Positions 20,367-30,672 of a stretch of 64,000 nucleotides of DNA are shown one piece after another. A program made the position numbers and the translations under genes. The notes below the pieces were generated by a model. That model was not told the DNA's origin and did no database searches. It was given only the letters and a program-made list of their open reading frames with translations. The first letter of the stretch is position 1. Each line of letters starts with the position of its first letter. Source of the DNA: a bacterium (GTDB taxonomy: Bacteria; UBA8248); NCBI GenBank assembly GCA_965203325.1, contig OZ241875.1, positions 3,520,001 through 3,584,000 of the forward strand. The letters are read 5' to 3'.

Positions 20367-20945
20367 GTGGGTGAGGAAGGATCATTCAGGCCGAAGCTCG
20401 CGTATCTGGCGAGGGGCCTCACGCTCGCGCGGATTCTGGCGATTCCCCCCTTCGTCTGGGCATTGCTCCGCATCGATTCCGCTCCCGACGGGCTGTGGCG
20501 GGTCTTGCTCATCGGGGCTTACGTCTACGCGATCCTGAGCGACCTGATCGACGGCCCGCTGGCGAGGCGCGCGGGTGCGAAGAGTTATTTCTGGGGGCAG
20601 GTGGACGCCTTCTCGGACGTGGCCTTCAACGCGGCGGCGCTCGCAGCCGCCGCCTGGGCGGGGCGGGTCGGCCCCTGGGCCGCCCTGGGCGTATCGGCGC
20701 TGGGCGCGCAGTTCCTGTGGCGGTGTATGCGTGTGGCGGGAAACACGGATGATTCCCTGCCCGAGGATGCGGCGGGAAAATGGGCGGGGGTGTTTTTCTA
20801 CGCTCTGGTGGGTGTTGTCGTCTGCGAGACGGGTTTATCGTGGGAGTGGCTTGCGCCCGTCCTGCCCTGGCTCGGCCATCTGGTCTTTCTCTACGCCTTG
20901 TACCTGCTCATCCGGAACGCGCGCTCGCCACAAAGAAGTCTTTAG
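20367..20945 (+). CDS. CDP-alcohol phosphatidyltransferase family protein
   Basis: LTLARI...SDLIDGPLARR...GQVDAFSD motif; GGAGG upstream of GTG. Confidence 0.85.
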   Translation: MGEEGSFRPKLAYLARGLTLARILAIPPFVWALLRIDSAPDGLWRVLLIGAYVYAILSDLIDGPLARRAGAKSYFWGQVDAFSDVAFNAAALAAAAWAGRVGPWAALGVSALGAQFLWRCMRVAGNTDDSLPEDAAGKWAGVFFYALVGVVVCETGLSWEWLAPVLPWLGHLVFLYALYLLIRNARSPQRSL

Positions 20946-20946
20946 G

Positions 20947-21194
20947 GGGGTTGTTGAAAAAGTCATCCTTTTCAGTGGATGAAGAGGACACCCCTCTCGA
21001 CCGGAAAACCACCCCCCCTACCCCCCCTTGACAGGGGTCAAAACCGACCGAAGAGGGAGGTTTTGCAAGACGATGTGTTTCTCGTCAATGGCTTATGCAA
21101 ACGCTCGTTCATCACTCGCGTTTGACCCCTGTCAAGGGGGGGTAGGGGGGGGTGCCTTTATCCCCTGAGGAGGAGGGCCTTTCTCAACAAACAC
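20947..21194. mobile_element. MITE-like element, same family as 9195-9468
   Basis: GGGGTTGTTGAAAAA and TTTCTCAACAAACAC ends; perfect 31-bp inverted repeat 21012-21042 / 21121-21151; shared GCCTTTATCC segment. Confidence 0.8.
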
Positions 21195-21196
21195 CT

Positions 21197-22138
21197 TCAG
21201 GCGGTGCGCTTTTTTCCGAACAGATCCGAATACGCCTTCGGCATGAACAGCAAGCCGATCGTCCCGTTCGCCAGCATGAAGGTGAGGTGGGAGACGAGGC
21301 TGTAGGCGAGCAGGTCCGCTTCCGCCGCGTAGTCCTTGAAGAAGAATATCCACGCCGCCTGGGAGGTTCCCAGGTGCGCCACCGTCACCGGAAGCGCCCC
21401 TATCATGAATACGAGCGGCAGGAAGGTCAGCAGCTGCAAAAGCGGGATGTCCATCCCGAACAGCGTCAGAGCGTATTTGTGCACGAACAGGGAGAGCAGG
21501 AATACGGAGCCCTTGAGCGCCAGGACGGTGATGCCCTGCCTGAAACGGACCGCCCGGAAGGTGTTGAGCAGGGTGTGGCCGCCGATTTTCGCGCCGACCA
21601 CGCCCAATCCCCCCCGCGCCACCTGGGTGATGAGCAGCCAGAAACAGGCCAGCCCGGCGGGCAGGGCGAACAGAAAGAGAGGCGCGCCGCCCGGAAAGGC
21701 GATGAGACCGACCGTGGCGAAGGAGATCAGGTTCGTGACTTCCAGCAGGATAAGCATGGCGACCGTGCTCGTGATCTCGGCGAGCGGGGTCTGGAACCTG
21801 CGGTGAAAATAGAGCGCGAGCGCCACCTGGGCGAGTTGCGTGTTGATGATGGAGACGACGTAGGTGACGGCGCGCACGGGCAGCAGCGTCGGGAACGTCA
21901 GCGGGCCGTGGAACCAGCGGATCATCCGGCTCAGGACGAAGGTGTCCATCAGGAAGAAACAGATCGAAAAGCACCCCATCACTATGAGGAAGGGCGCGAG
22001 CCTCGCCTTCGATATGGCCAGGACGAACTCGCCGAACGGGATCCGCCAGAAGATGATGACGAAGATCACGACCGTGAGGGCGATGGGAATGACTCGTCCG
22101 GCTTTGCTCGATTGATGCGTATCCTGGTTTTGCTCCAA
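21197..22138 (-). CDS. Lysylphosphatidylglycerol synthase TM / flippase-like membrane protein
   Basis: Multi-TM; LPVTVAHLGTSQAAW resembles the family signature. Confidence 0.75.
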   Translation of the reverse strand: MEQNQDTHQSSKAGRVIPIALTVVIFVIIFWRIPFGEFVLAISKARLAPFLIVMGCFSICFFLMDTFVLSRMIRWFHGPLTFPTLLPVRAVTYVVSIINTQLAQVALALYFHRRFQTPLAEITSTVAMLILLEVTNLISFATVGLIAFPGGAPLFLFALPAGLACFWLLITQVARGGLGVVGAKIGGHTLLNTFRAVRFRQGITVLALKGSVFLLSLFVHKYALTLFGMDIPLLQLLTFLPLVFMIGALPVTVAHLGTSQAAWIFFFKDYAAEADLLAYSLVSHLTFMLANGTIGLLFMPKAYSDLFGKKRTA

Positions 22139-22162
22139 AACGAAACTCCTTGAAGGCGCAGG

Positions 22163-23101
22163 CTATTCCTGGTGCGGCAGCGAGAGGTTCAGAATTTCAT
22201 CGACGCCGGTGCGTGGTATGGAGCCGATGCTTCCCGCTTCCTCATCGTTGCACAGATGCTCGTAGAATATAACGTCGAAAACGGTGCGGCTCATGGGGGA
22301 GGAGGGGGAGAACCGGCTGATGATGCTCGACGCGGCCCGGCCCAGTCCCCTCGGGATCGTCAGGATTCTCGGCTGTTTCCCGAGCCTCCTGCCGGCGCGC
22401 ATGAGTAGCTCGCGGTAAAAGAGAGTCTCCGGCCCCACGAGGTTCACCCGCGCAAGCGGCGCGTTGGGATTGAGAATCGCCCATTCGATCGCGCTGATGA
22501 CGTCGCCCAGGTATATCGGCTGTATCCGCACCGCGCCGCCCGCCACGAGGGGGATGATCGAAGAGCTAAGCAGCCGTTTTATCTGGTTCATCGCGGGGGT
22601 GTCAGGCCCCAGGATCATGGGCACGCGGAAAATGGCGCCCGATTCGAAATTCTCCCCAATCACATCCTCGGCCCGGCCTTTTGTTTGCAGATACTCGTTA
22701 TCAGAGCGTGCGTCCGCGCCTGGAAAACTCAAATAAACGAAGGATTTCACGCCTTGCGCACGGCTCGCCTCGGCGACGTTTTTCGTGGTGAACAGGTTCG
22801 CCCCGAGCAGGGAGTCCCCCGCTCTCGGCACCAGAGAACCCGCCAGATGCGCCACGCAGTCCGCACCGTCCACGGCGCGCGAGAGGCTTTCTGCGTCGTC
22901 GTAGTCCACCTGTATCAGTTCGGCGGGGAGGTCGCGCAGGTTCGCGCTTCGGCCCAGGTCGCGCACGAGTGCGCGCAGGCGCACCGGCCCGATAGCCGAA
23001 TTCCCGCCCAGGCGCTCAATGAGCGCTTTGCCGACGGCGCCGTTCGCACCCGTGATGGCGATGTCGATGGGGCGTCTCCCGTGAACTGATAAGGCAGCCA
23101 T
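22163..23101 (-). CDS. NAD(P)-binding epimerase/dehydratase-like protein (atypical SDR)
   Basis: ITGANGAVG, YLQTK, IQPIYLGDV. Confidence 0.85.
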   Translation of the reverse strand: MAALSVHGRRPIDIAITGANGAVGKALIERLGGNSAIGPVRLRALVRDLGRSANLRDLPAELIQVDYDDAESLSRAVDGADCVAHLAGSLVPRAGDSLLGANLFTTKNVAEASRAQGVKSFVYLSFPGADARSDNEYLQTKGRAEDVIGENFESGAIFRVPMILGPDTPAMNQIKRLLSSSIIPLVAGGAVRIQPIYLGDVISAIEWAILNPNAPLARVNLVGPETLFYRELLMRAGRRLGKQPRILTIPRGLGRAASSIISRFSPSSPMSRTVFDVIFYEHLCNDEEAGSIGSIPRTGVDEILNLSLPHQE

Positions 23102-23150
23102 GCGCAGAGGGGTCTTGGTCGTCTAACGCGATCCGACGGAGGTCTCCGGC

Positions 23151-24383
23151 CTACACGGTAAGCAGTTCGTGGGTCGGCGCGGTCATCTTCTCGATGGGCA
23201 GCCCGTGCGTGCAGGACCCGGCGCAGCTCTGGTGGCTGCAGGTGAGGCACGCCGATGCGCCCGCGCCGAGCATGGAGTACTCGGCCTTGGCGAATCGCAC
23301 GTCCTCGTAATCCGTCGCATACATGCGGGTGCGGAGCACGTCCGCGATGGGCACGTTCTCCGGACAAGCGCCCTCGCAGTCGTTGCACGCATGGCGGCAG
23401 TAGGAGGTTCCGTTCAACCGCGCGTATTTTTTGAGGATCGGCATCTCGCGGCGCGATACCTTCTTCCAGCCCGAAGCGCCCACGAACTCGGTGATGTTGT
23501 CCTTGCTCGTCATCGAGATGATGAGGGAGTCCACGTTCGGGTTCGAGAGCACCCAGCGGAAGGCGGCCTGCGAGAACGTGGCGCCGCCTTTTTCATAAGG
23601 CCGCATGTCGTTCAGCCGCGCGCCCATGAGCGTCTTCATGGCGATGACGCCGATGCCCTTGGCTTTCGCCCGCGCGAGGGCCAGGGGCAGCTTCGGGAAC
23701 CTGGCGATGAAGTCGAACCCGCGCGTGAAGCGCTGGTAGAAAGCCGGGTCCTGCCCGAAGTTGTAGGCGATGAGATACACGTCCACGACGCTGTTCTCGG
23801 TGCAGTAATCGAGGCACTGGATCAGGTTGCCCGCATGGCCCGACATGCCCGAATAGCGGATTTTCCCCTGTTTTTTCGCGAGCGCGACGAACTCGCTCCA
23901 CTCGGGGTTGCTCATCCTTTCCACGTCGTTCACCGCGTGGTTGAAATAGACGTCCACGTAGTCGGTCTGGAGTTTCTGGAGGCTTTGCTCTAAAGAGCGC
24001 ATCATCGACTCTTTTTTGTCACTCGGTCCCGCATGCGTTTTGGAGGCGATGTAGACCTTGTCGCGCTTGCCCTTGAGCGCGCGGCCTATCGTGGTCTCCG
24101 ATTCCCCCCAGGAGTAGCTCTCGGCGGTGTCGAAATAGTTGATGCCCAGGTCGAGGGCGTGGCGTACGAGGTCTTCCTCATCGGAGCCGAGCCGGCTGCT
24201 GCCGAACGAGATGTCCGACATCTTGATGTCCGTCGTGCCCAGCGTGACGTAGCGGCGCACCCGGTTTGACGCGCTTTCGGCGTCCATGGCGCGCGCGAAG
24301 GGCAGGAGTCCCGCGCCCAGACCGGCGAAGGCGCCTTTGCGGATAAAATCGCGTCTCGGAATGAAGTCGGTATGATGAGGCAT
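23151..24383 (-). CDS. Aldo/keto reductase with twin-arginine signal and C-terminal Fe-S cysteines
   Basis: PRRDFIRKG; GINYFDTAESY, LQTDYVD, IAMKTL; CRHACNDCEGAC and CLTCSHQSCAGSC. Confidence 0.88.
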   Translation of the reverse strand: MPHHTDFIPRRDFIRKGAFAGLGAGLLPFARAMDAESASNRVRRYVTLGTTDIKMSDISFGSSRLGSDEEDLVRHALDLGINYFDTAESYSWGESETTIGRALKGKRDKVYIASKTHAGPSDKKESMMRSLEQSLQKLQTDYVDVYFNHAVNDVERMSNPEWSEFVALAKKQGKIRYSGMSGHAGNLIQCLDYCTENSVVDVYLIAYNFGQDPAFYQRFTRGFDFIARFPKLPLALARAKAKGIGVIAMKTLMGARLNDMRPYEKGGATFSQAAFRWVLSNPNVDSLIISMTSKDNITEFVGASGWKKVSRREMPILKKYARLNGTSYCRHACNDCEGACPENVPIADVLRTRMYATDYEDVRFAKAEYSMLGAGASACLTCSHQSCAGSCTHGLPIEKMTAPTHELLTV

Positions 24384-24477
24384 CGGCGTTCTCCAGGATA
24401 GAGAATTGTGGCGACTCGCCTATCTCACCTTATTTTCCCGTTTTGGTCAATGAGTGGTATTTGATCGTTCGGCGTGT

Positions 24478-24591
24478 GTAGGGGTCGCATATCATGCGAC
24501 CCGCGTTGTGAAGGCGGGAAGGCCGGGCCGCATATATGCGGCCCCTACATCACTTCTTGAATCGGGTAGGGACAACTCCCTGTGGTTGTCC
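24478..24591. repeat. GTAG-REP doublet plus a third REP
   Basis: GTAG+GGGTCGCATATCATGCGACCC, GGGCCGCATATATGCGGCCC+CTAC, and GTAG+GGACAAC..GTTGTCC (24566-24591). Confidence 0.85.
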
Positions 24592-24606
24592 TTTTTCCTA
24601 TTCCAA

Positions 24607-25839
24607 TCACGCGTCGATAACCCTGAAGCTCCTGTCCTGGGGAATGAGCATCTCCCAGCCGTTTTCCTTCACGACGACCGAGTACTCGATCTGGTAGCCG
24701 CCGAAGCCGAAGGTGCCGATGGGCGCCTCGATGTTGATCACCGAATCGACGGGCAGGGGGATCTCCGAAGTCGTCGGGTAGAACGGCCCGTCGTGCTTCG
24801 ATTCGGGTCCCAGGATGAAGGGGAACTCCCTGGCTTCGAGGCCGATGGTGTGGCCGGCGAAGGGGGCGTTGAACTCGGGAAACCGCGACTGGATTCCCTT
24901 GACGAGCGCCTGGTATATCTGGTTGCCCGTACAGCCGGCCTTTATCACCTCCAGGCATTCGTGGAACCCCTCATCGATCCCCCTCCATTCGCGCTGCACG
25001 CGCTCGCTCGGCTCGCCGATGGAGCCGCAGCTTCCGGTGTCGGCGTTGTAGTTCTTGTGAAAAAGCCCGGCGTCGAACATGAAGCCGTCGCCCTTCCTGA
25101 GCTTTCTGTCCGTGGGCGGGAAGATGAAGACGCCCCTCGGGCCCGAGTTGAAGTGGAACCAGTGCCACATGCCGCCGGGCCGGGCCACCTCCTGGCGCCA
25201 GACCTCGGCCACCTCGCGCTCGCTCACGCCCTCATGCAGGAAGTCGAACACTTTTGTGATGGCGTCTTCGTTCACCTGGGCCGCCTCGCGCAGGCGGTCG
25301 AGCTCATCCGCTGTCTTGACGAGCCGCGTCATCAGGAACAGGCCCGAGCCGGGGATGAATTCACAATTGGGCAGTTTTTCCTTCAAAGTCTCGAACAGGC
25401 TGTCCGGGCAGCCCTCCTCGTCCAGGGCGATTCTGCCGGAAGTGATGCCCCGGTCCTTAAGCGCTGCGAGGAGGCCGTCGAGAAGCGTCGCGTGCTTGGC
25501 CCCGCTTGCGTGAAGCTCGCGGTAGCGCTTCATCTCGTCGTCGTGCGGCTCGTAGCCTTCCGGCTCGATGTGGTTCGCCTGTCCGCCCCAGACGTAGACG
25601 TTCTCGGCGTGTCCGCCGTAGGCGGCGTAGTAGGTGTTGTCCGCGCGGTTCATGATGAGGTCGGTGCCGGCGTCCGGGTCGCTGGTGATCACGCCGTAGC
25701 TTTTTCGCGCGCGGTAGACCCGTTGCGCCCAGCCGATGTGGCCCGTCAGGTAGGTGACGTTCTCGAGCGTCGTGCCGATCATGGCCGCCACGTCGTGTTC
25801 TCTCATCAGTTCCAGCGCGCGTTCCCTGTTGTAGAGCAT
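24607..25839 (-). CDS. M24 family peptidase (Xaa-Pro-like)
   Basis: NVTYLTG, RLVKTADEL, metal ligands D/D/H/E/E (FDAG, NADTG, GHTIGL, IEAP, QIEY). Confidence 0.9.
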   Translation of the reverse strand: MLYNRERALELMREHDVAAMIGTTLENVTYLTGHIGWAQRVYRARKSYGVITSDPDAGTDLIMNRADNTYYAAYGGHAENVYVWGGQANHIEPEGYEPHDDEMKRYRELHASGAKHATLLDGLLAALKDRGITSGRIALDEEGCPDSLFETLKEKLPNCEFIPGSGLFLMTRLVKTADELDRLREAAQVNEDAITKVFDFLHEGVSEREVAEVWRQEVARPGGMWHWFHFNSGPRGVFIFPPTDRKLRKGDGFMFDAGLFHKNYNADTGSCGSIGEPSERVQREWRGIDEGFHECLEVIKAGCTGNQIYQALVKGIQSRFPEFNAPFAGHTIGLEAREFPFILGPESKHDGPFYPTTSEIPLPVDSVINIEAPIGTFGFGGYQIEYSVVVKENGWEMLIPQDRSFRVIDA

Positions 25840-26054
25840 GTTTTTCTCCCTGAAAAAATTTCTTTCGCTGCACGGAATTTTGTTGGAAAATATCTCGGGG
25901 GGAATATGTATCACACTCAAACCGCATCAAGCGAGGCTGTGCGCCTTGACGGAAAGCGGGACGAAGCGCAAGGTTCATTAGAAGTAAGGGTGATTGGCTA
26001 TTTCTTTGGTTGTGCATCTCTTTGATTCATCATCGTCGTGAGGGGGAGTCGAGC

Positions 26055-26630
26055 GTGGAACTGGATCGCGCGAGTGCGGAGGCGCTCTTATTCGAGTGGA
26101 CCAAAAGCCCGGGTCTCAGGGCGCACGCCCGGGCGGTGGAGGCCGCCCTGCGCGCCTATGCGAGAAAATACGGAGAAGACGAGGCGCTTTGGGGCGTCAC
26201 CGGCCTGCTTCACGACATGGATTACGAAAAGCATCCCTCGCCCGAAGAACACCCCGAGACCGGCTGCGCGGTTCTGCGGGAGGCGGGTTACCCCGAGGAG
26301 ATGATACAGGCCATCCTGGGGCACGCGGAGTATCTGAACGTCCCCCGGGAGACGCGCCTCGCCCAGGCGCTCTTCGCCGTGGATGAACTGGTGGGCCTCA
26401 TCACCGCCGTCGCCCTGGTGAATCCGGCGAAGGACATCCGCCAGGTGAAGCCGCGAAGCATACGGAAAAAGTGGAAGGACAAGAATTTCGCCAAGGGCGT
26501 GAATCGCGCGGACGTGGAACTCGGCGCCTCGGAACTCGGGGTGCCTTTGGAGGAGCACGTCGCCTTCACGCTGGAGGCCATGCAGGGGGCGGCGGAGGAC
26601 CTGGGACTCGACGGCTCGCGTGCGGGCTGA
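26055..26630 (+). CDS. HD-domain phosphohydrolase
   Basis: H..AVE, GLLHDMDYE, AVDELVGLI, FAKGVNR. Confidence 0.9.
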   Translation: MELDRASAEALLFEWTKSPGLRAHARAVEAALRAYARKYGEDEALWGVTGLLHDMDYEKHPSPEEHPETGCAVLREAGYPEEMIQAILGHAEYLNVPRETRLAQALFAVDELVGLITAVALVNPAKDIRQVKPRSIRKKWKDKNFAKGVNRADVELGASELGVPLEEHVAFTLEAMQGAAEDLGLDGSRAG

Positions 26631-26667
26631 TGTGTTTGATTTTTTTGAAAAAAAGGTTGACTTTGCG

Positions 26668-26696
26668 TTGACGGCTTTAATGGATTTCCGCATAAT
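26668..26696 (+). promoter_or_regulatory. Sigma70-type promoter upstream of korAB
   Basis: TTGACG-17 nt-CATAAT. Confidence 0.6.
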
Positions 26697-26850
26697 TCGC
26701 GCTCGGCTGGTTGGTCGATAACTCGCCACTCGGACTCAAAAAAAGACATGCTCGAAAACGACATGCACGACATATGGTATTTCACGGTGAATAAAACCCT
26801 CCACGTGTTCTCCTACACCAGGTCTATCCAATTAAAGGACAACCAAACCA

Positions 26851-28707
26851 ATGGCTGAGTCTTCAGGTAAAAACGGGGCTGAGAAGCAGCTTGTTGAACT
26901 CGAAACGGTGGCGATTCGCTTCGCCGGCGACTCCGGCGACGGGATGCAGCTCACCGGAGACAGGTTCACGAACGCGGCGGCCATCGCCGGGAACGATCTG
27001 AGCACGTTCCCCGACTTTCCCGCCGAGATTCGCGCCCCGGTCGGGACGCTTGCCGGAGTCAGCGGGTTCCAGATCAACTTCTCGAGCAGGGACATCCATA
27101 CGCCCGGCGACGCCGTGGACGTTCTCGTGGCGATGAACCCCGCCGCGCTCAAGACGAGCATCGGCGATTTGAAGAGCGGGGGCATCATCATCGCGAACGT
27201 CGACAACTTCGGCCAGAAGAACCTGGCCAAGGCCGGCTATGAGTCCAACCCCCTCGAGGATGAGGAGTTCAAGAGCAACTATGACATCCACGAGGTGAAG
27301 ATCACCTCCATGACGCGCCAGGCCTTGGAAGACATGGAGCTTCAGTCCAACCTGGCGGATCGGTGCAAGAACTTCTTCGCGCTGGGGCTCATGTACTGGA
27401 TGTACTCGCGTCCGCTGGAGCCGACCAGGGAGTGGATCGAGGAGAAATTCGGGAAACGACCCGAGTTCGTGCAGGCCAACACGCGCGCGCTCGAGGCGGG
27501 CTATTTCTTCGGCGAGAACACCGAGGTCTTCACGAGCAACTACATCGTGCGCGAGGCGACCTACCCGGCCGGCCGGTACAGGAACATCTCGGGCAACGTC
27601 GCCCTGGCCTACGGCTTCATCGCGGCGACGAAGAAGATGGGCATCAACCTCTTCTGGGGCGCATATCCGATTACGCCGGCCAGCGACGTACTTCACGAAC
27701 TCTCCCGCCACAAGAATTTCGGCGTGCAGACCTTCCAGGCCGAAGATGAAATCGCCGCCGTCTCCGCGGCGCTGGGCGCTTCGTTCACCGGCTCGCTCGG
27801 CGTCACTTGCTCGAGCGGCCCCGGCATCGCTCTCAAGGCCGAAGCCATGGGCCTGGGTGTGATGACGGAGCTTCCCATGGTCATCGCGAACATCCAGCGC
27901 GGCGGCCCGAGCACCGGCCTTCCCACGAAGACCGAGCAGGCCGACCTCCTTCAGGTGATGTTCGGGCGCAACAGCGAGAGCCCGCTGCCGGTCGTGGCGG
28001 CGGCCACGCCGGGGGATTGTTTCTGGACGGCGATAGAGGCGAGCCGCCTGGCGGTGAAATACATGACGCCCGTCGTGCTTCTGAGCGACGGCTATCTGGC
28101 CAACGGCTCGGAACCCTGGCTGCTGCCCAGGGCGGCGGACATTCCCGAGATGCCGGTGACCTTCCGGACGGAGCCGGAAGGTTTTCTTCCCTACCTGCGC
28201 GACCCCGAAACGCTGGCGCGTCCGTGGGCGATCCCCGGAACGCCCGGGCTCGAGCACAGGATCGGCGGAATCGAGAAGGAAGACCAGACCGGCAACGTCA
28301 ACTACGAGCCCGAGAACCACGAGTTCATGGTGCGCACGCGCGACGCGAAGATCGCAGGCATCGCGAAGGACATCCCGCCCGTGGAGGTCATCGGCGAGGC
28401 GAGCGGCAAGGTGCTCGTCATCGGCTGGGGCGGCACCTTCGGCGCCATCACGGCGGCGATCGAGGCCTTGCAGGCCCGTGGCGCCTCCGTATCCCAGGTT
28501 CACCTGAGGCATCTCAACCCCTTCCCGGCGAACCTGGAAGAAGTGCTCGGCAATTTCGAAAAAATCCTCGTCCCCGAGTTGAACCTCGGGCAACTCTCCA
28601 AGATGCTCCGCTACCAGTATCTGGTCGACACGATCAGCTTCAACAAAATTCAGGGCAAGCCCTTCAAGGTCGGCGAACTGATTACCAAGATTGAGGAGTT
28701 ACTCTAA
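26851..28707 (+). CDS. korA: 2-oxoacid:ferredoxin oxidoreductase alpha subunit
   Basis: FAGDSGDGMQLTG, YPITPAS, QAEDEIAA, QRGGPSTGLPTKTEQAD; substrate not determinable. Confidence 0.9.
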   Translation: MAESSGKNGAEKQLVELETVAIRFAGDSGDGMQLTGDRFTNAAAIAGNDLSTFPDFPAEIRAPVGTLAGVSGFQINFSSRDIHTPGDAVDVLVAMNPAALKTSIGDLKSGGIIIANVDNFGQKNLAKAGYESNPLEDEEFKSNYDIHEVKITSMTRQALEDMELQSNLADRCKNFFALGLMYWMYSRPLEPTREWIEEKFGKRPEFVQANTRALEAGYFFGENTEVFTSNYIVREATYPAGRYRNISGNVALAYGFIAATKKMGINLFWGAYPITPASDVLHELSRHKNFGVQTFQAEDEIAAVSAALGASFTGSLGVTCSSGPGIALKAEAMGLGVMTELPMVIANIQRGGPSTGLPTKTEQADLLQVMFGRNSESPLPVVAAATPGDCFWTAIEASRLAVKYMTPVVLLSDGYLANGSEPWLLPRAADIPEMPVTFRTEPEGFLPYLRDPETLARPWAIPGTPGLEHRIGGIEKEDQTGNVNYEPENHEFMVRTRDAKIAGIAKDIPPVEVIGEASGKVLVIGWGGTFGAITAAIEALQARGASVSQVHLRHLNPFPANLEEVLGNFEKILVPELNLGQLSKMLRYQYLVDTISFNKIQGKPFKVGELITKIEELL

Positions 28708-29730
28708 ATGTCTACGACGACAGCCAAGAACGGCGGGGGTTTGGGCCTCACCCGCAAGGATTTTCAGTCCGACCAGGTCGTGCGCTGGTGCCCGGGTTGC
28801 GGCGACTACGCGATTCTGGCGCAGATGCAAAAAGTCTTGCCGACGCTCGAGATTCCGCGCGAGAAGTTCGTTTTCATCTCCGGCATCGGCTGCGCGGCGC
28901 GCTTTCCCTACTACATGGACACGTTCGGTTTCCACACCATTCACGGACGCGCTCCGGCGTTCGCCACCGGCGTCAAGGTGAGCAACCCGGACCTTTCCGT
29001 CTGGGTCATCAGCGGTGACGGCGACGCGCTGTCCATCGGCGGAAACCACCTGATCCACTCCATGCGCCGCAACGTGGGCGTCAAGATTATTCTCTTCAAC
29101 AACCGCGTGTACGGATTGACCAAGGGCCAGTATTCGCCGACCTCGCTTCTGGGCTCGCGCACGAAATCCACGCCCATCGGCTCGGTGGACTATCCGCTCC
29201 ACCCGCTGACGCTGGCCCTGGGGGCGGAATGCAGCTTCGTCGCCCGCACGACGGACAGGGATCAGAAGCACATGGCCGCGATGTTCGAGGAGATGGCGAA
29301 CCACGAGGGAACGTCGCTGCTCGAAGTGCTGCAGAACTGCATCGTGTTCAACGACGGCGCGTGGCACAAATTCACCGAAAAAGGCATGAAAGAGCAGAAC
29401 GTGATTTATCTCGAAGACGGTCAGCCCCTCGTCTACGGCCCGGAAGATGATCGCAAGGGCATTTCTCTCGAGGATTACAAGGTCCGCATCGTCGAGGCCG
29501 ATTCTCCCGACGTCACCGTCCACCGCGTGGACGACGAGGCGGGCGGCTACGCCCATATCCTGAGCCGGGTCGAACTCGAAGGCGGCCCTGTGCCCCTGGG
29601 CGTCCTGCGAAAGGTGGAGCGTCCGCCGTTCGAGGGACTGATGGTCGATCAAGTCGCCGCGGCCCAGGCGAAAGGCGAGGGCGATATCGACGCGCTCTTG
29701 AATTCGGGAGATACCTGGGAGCACAGCTAG
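28708..29730 (+). CDS. korB: 2-oxoacid:ferredoxin oxidoreductase beta subunit
   Basis: WCPGCGD, GDGDALSIGGNH TPP motif, YGLTKGQYSPT. Confidence 0.92.
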   Translation: MSTTTAKNGGGLGLTRKDFQSDQVVRWCPGCGDYAILAQMQKVLPTLEIPREKFVFISGIGCAARFPYYMDTFGFHTIHGRAPAFATGVKVSNPDLSVWVISGDGDALSIGGNHLIHSMRRNVGVKIILFNNRVYGLTKGQYSPTSLLGSRTKSTPIGSVDYPLHPLTLALGAECSFVARTTDRDQKHMAAMFEEMANHEGTSLLEVLQNCIVFNDGAWHKFTEKGMKEQNVIYLEDGQPLVYGPEDDRKGISLEDYKVRIVEADSPDVTVHRVDDEAGGYAHILSRVELEGGPVPLGVLRKVERPPFEGLMVDQVAAAQAKGEGDIDALLNSGDTWEHS

Positions 29731-29802
29731 TATTCGTCGCCTCCAAGGGCCGCCGGTTTCCGTTCCGGCGGCCTTTCTCGCGCCTCCGGGCGTCCGGAAA
29801 CC

Positions 29803-30672
29803 ATGTCCAAAACCTTCACCCTCATGCTGGTTCATGCGCACCCCGACGATGAGTGCAGCAGCACGGGCGGTCTGATTCTCAGGAGCGCGCGCGAGGGCCA
29901 CCGCGTCATTCTCATCACCTGCACCAACGGCGAGATGGGCAAGATGGAGCATCTCGGCGAAAACCTCGACCCCGACTCCGAGGCGGACCAGGACAGACTC
30001 GGGGAGATCAGGCTCGAGGAACTCGAACGGGCGGCGCGGATATTAGGGGTTTCCGAGGTTCACGCCCTGGGCTATCGCGATTCGGGCATGGACGGCTGGG
30101 AGGGCAACGGGCATCCCCGGGCATTCAAGAACGCCGATGAGGAAGAAGTCGTCGGCAGATTAGCGGGCTACATACGCCGCTATCGCCCCGACGTGGTCGT
30201 TACCTACAACGAGCAGGGCGGGTACGGCCACCCCGATCATTTGATGGCCAACAAGGTCACCACCGAGGCGTTAGAGGCGGCGGCGGACGCCGCCAGATTC
30301 CCCGAAGAAGGGCAAGAGGCCTGGCGCGTGCCCAAGTTCTACCACACCGCGTGGTCGCGCACGAAGATGCTGCGCGCCTGGCGCTGGATGAAGTTGTTCG
30401 GGCAGAAAACGCCGCTCGACGATCCCGATTTCCGGGAGGACAAGTACGGGACGCCGGATGAGCTCATCACGACCCGCGTGAACATCCGCAGATACCTTCG
30501 CCGCAAATGGCGCGCCCTCACGGCGCACAAGAGCCAGATCAACGGGAATTTCTTCTGGTGGTTCGTCCGCATGACGGGGCGGTGGCTCTACAACGAGGAA
30601 ACCTTCGTTTGCGCCCGCTCGCAGACAGGGGTGCGCGACGAGGAGAGGTCGGTTTTCGAGGGCCTATCCTGA
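29803..30672 (+). CDS. PIG-L/MshB/Mca-family deacetylase
   Basis: HAHPDDE, LGYRDSGM, GGYGHPDH, AHKSQ. Confidence 0.92.
   Translation: MSKTFTLMLVHAHPDDECSSTGGLILRSAREGHRVILITCTNGEMGKMEHLGENLDPDSEADQDRLGEIRLEELERAARILGVSEVHALGYRDSGMDGWEGNGHPRAFKNADEEEVVGRLAGYIRRYRPDVVVTYNEQGGYGHPDHLMANKVTTEALEAAADAARFPEEGQEAWRVPKFYHTAWSRTKMLRAWRWMKLFGQKTPLDDPDFREDKYGTPDELITTRVNIRRYLRRKWRALTAHKSQINGNFFWWFVRMTGRWLYNEETFVCARSQTGVRDEERSVFEGLS

Noticed and set aside
26744..26775. Three GACAT repeats in the korA leader
   Set aside because: Short and irregularly spaced; cannot be distinguished from chance
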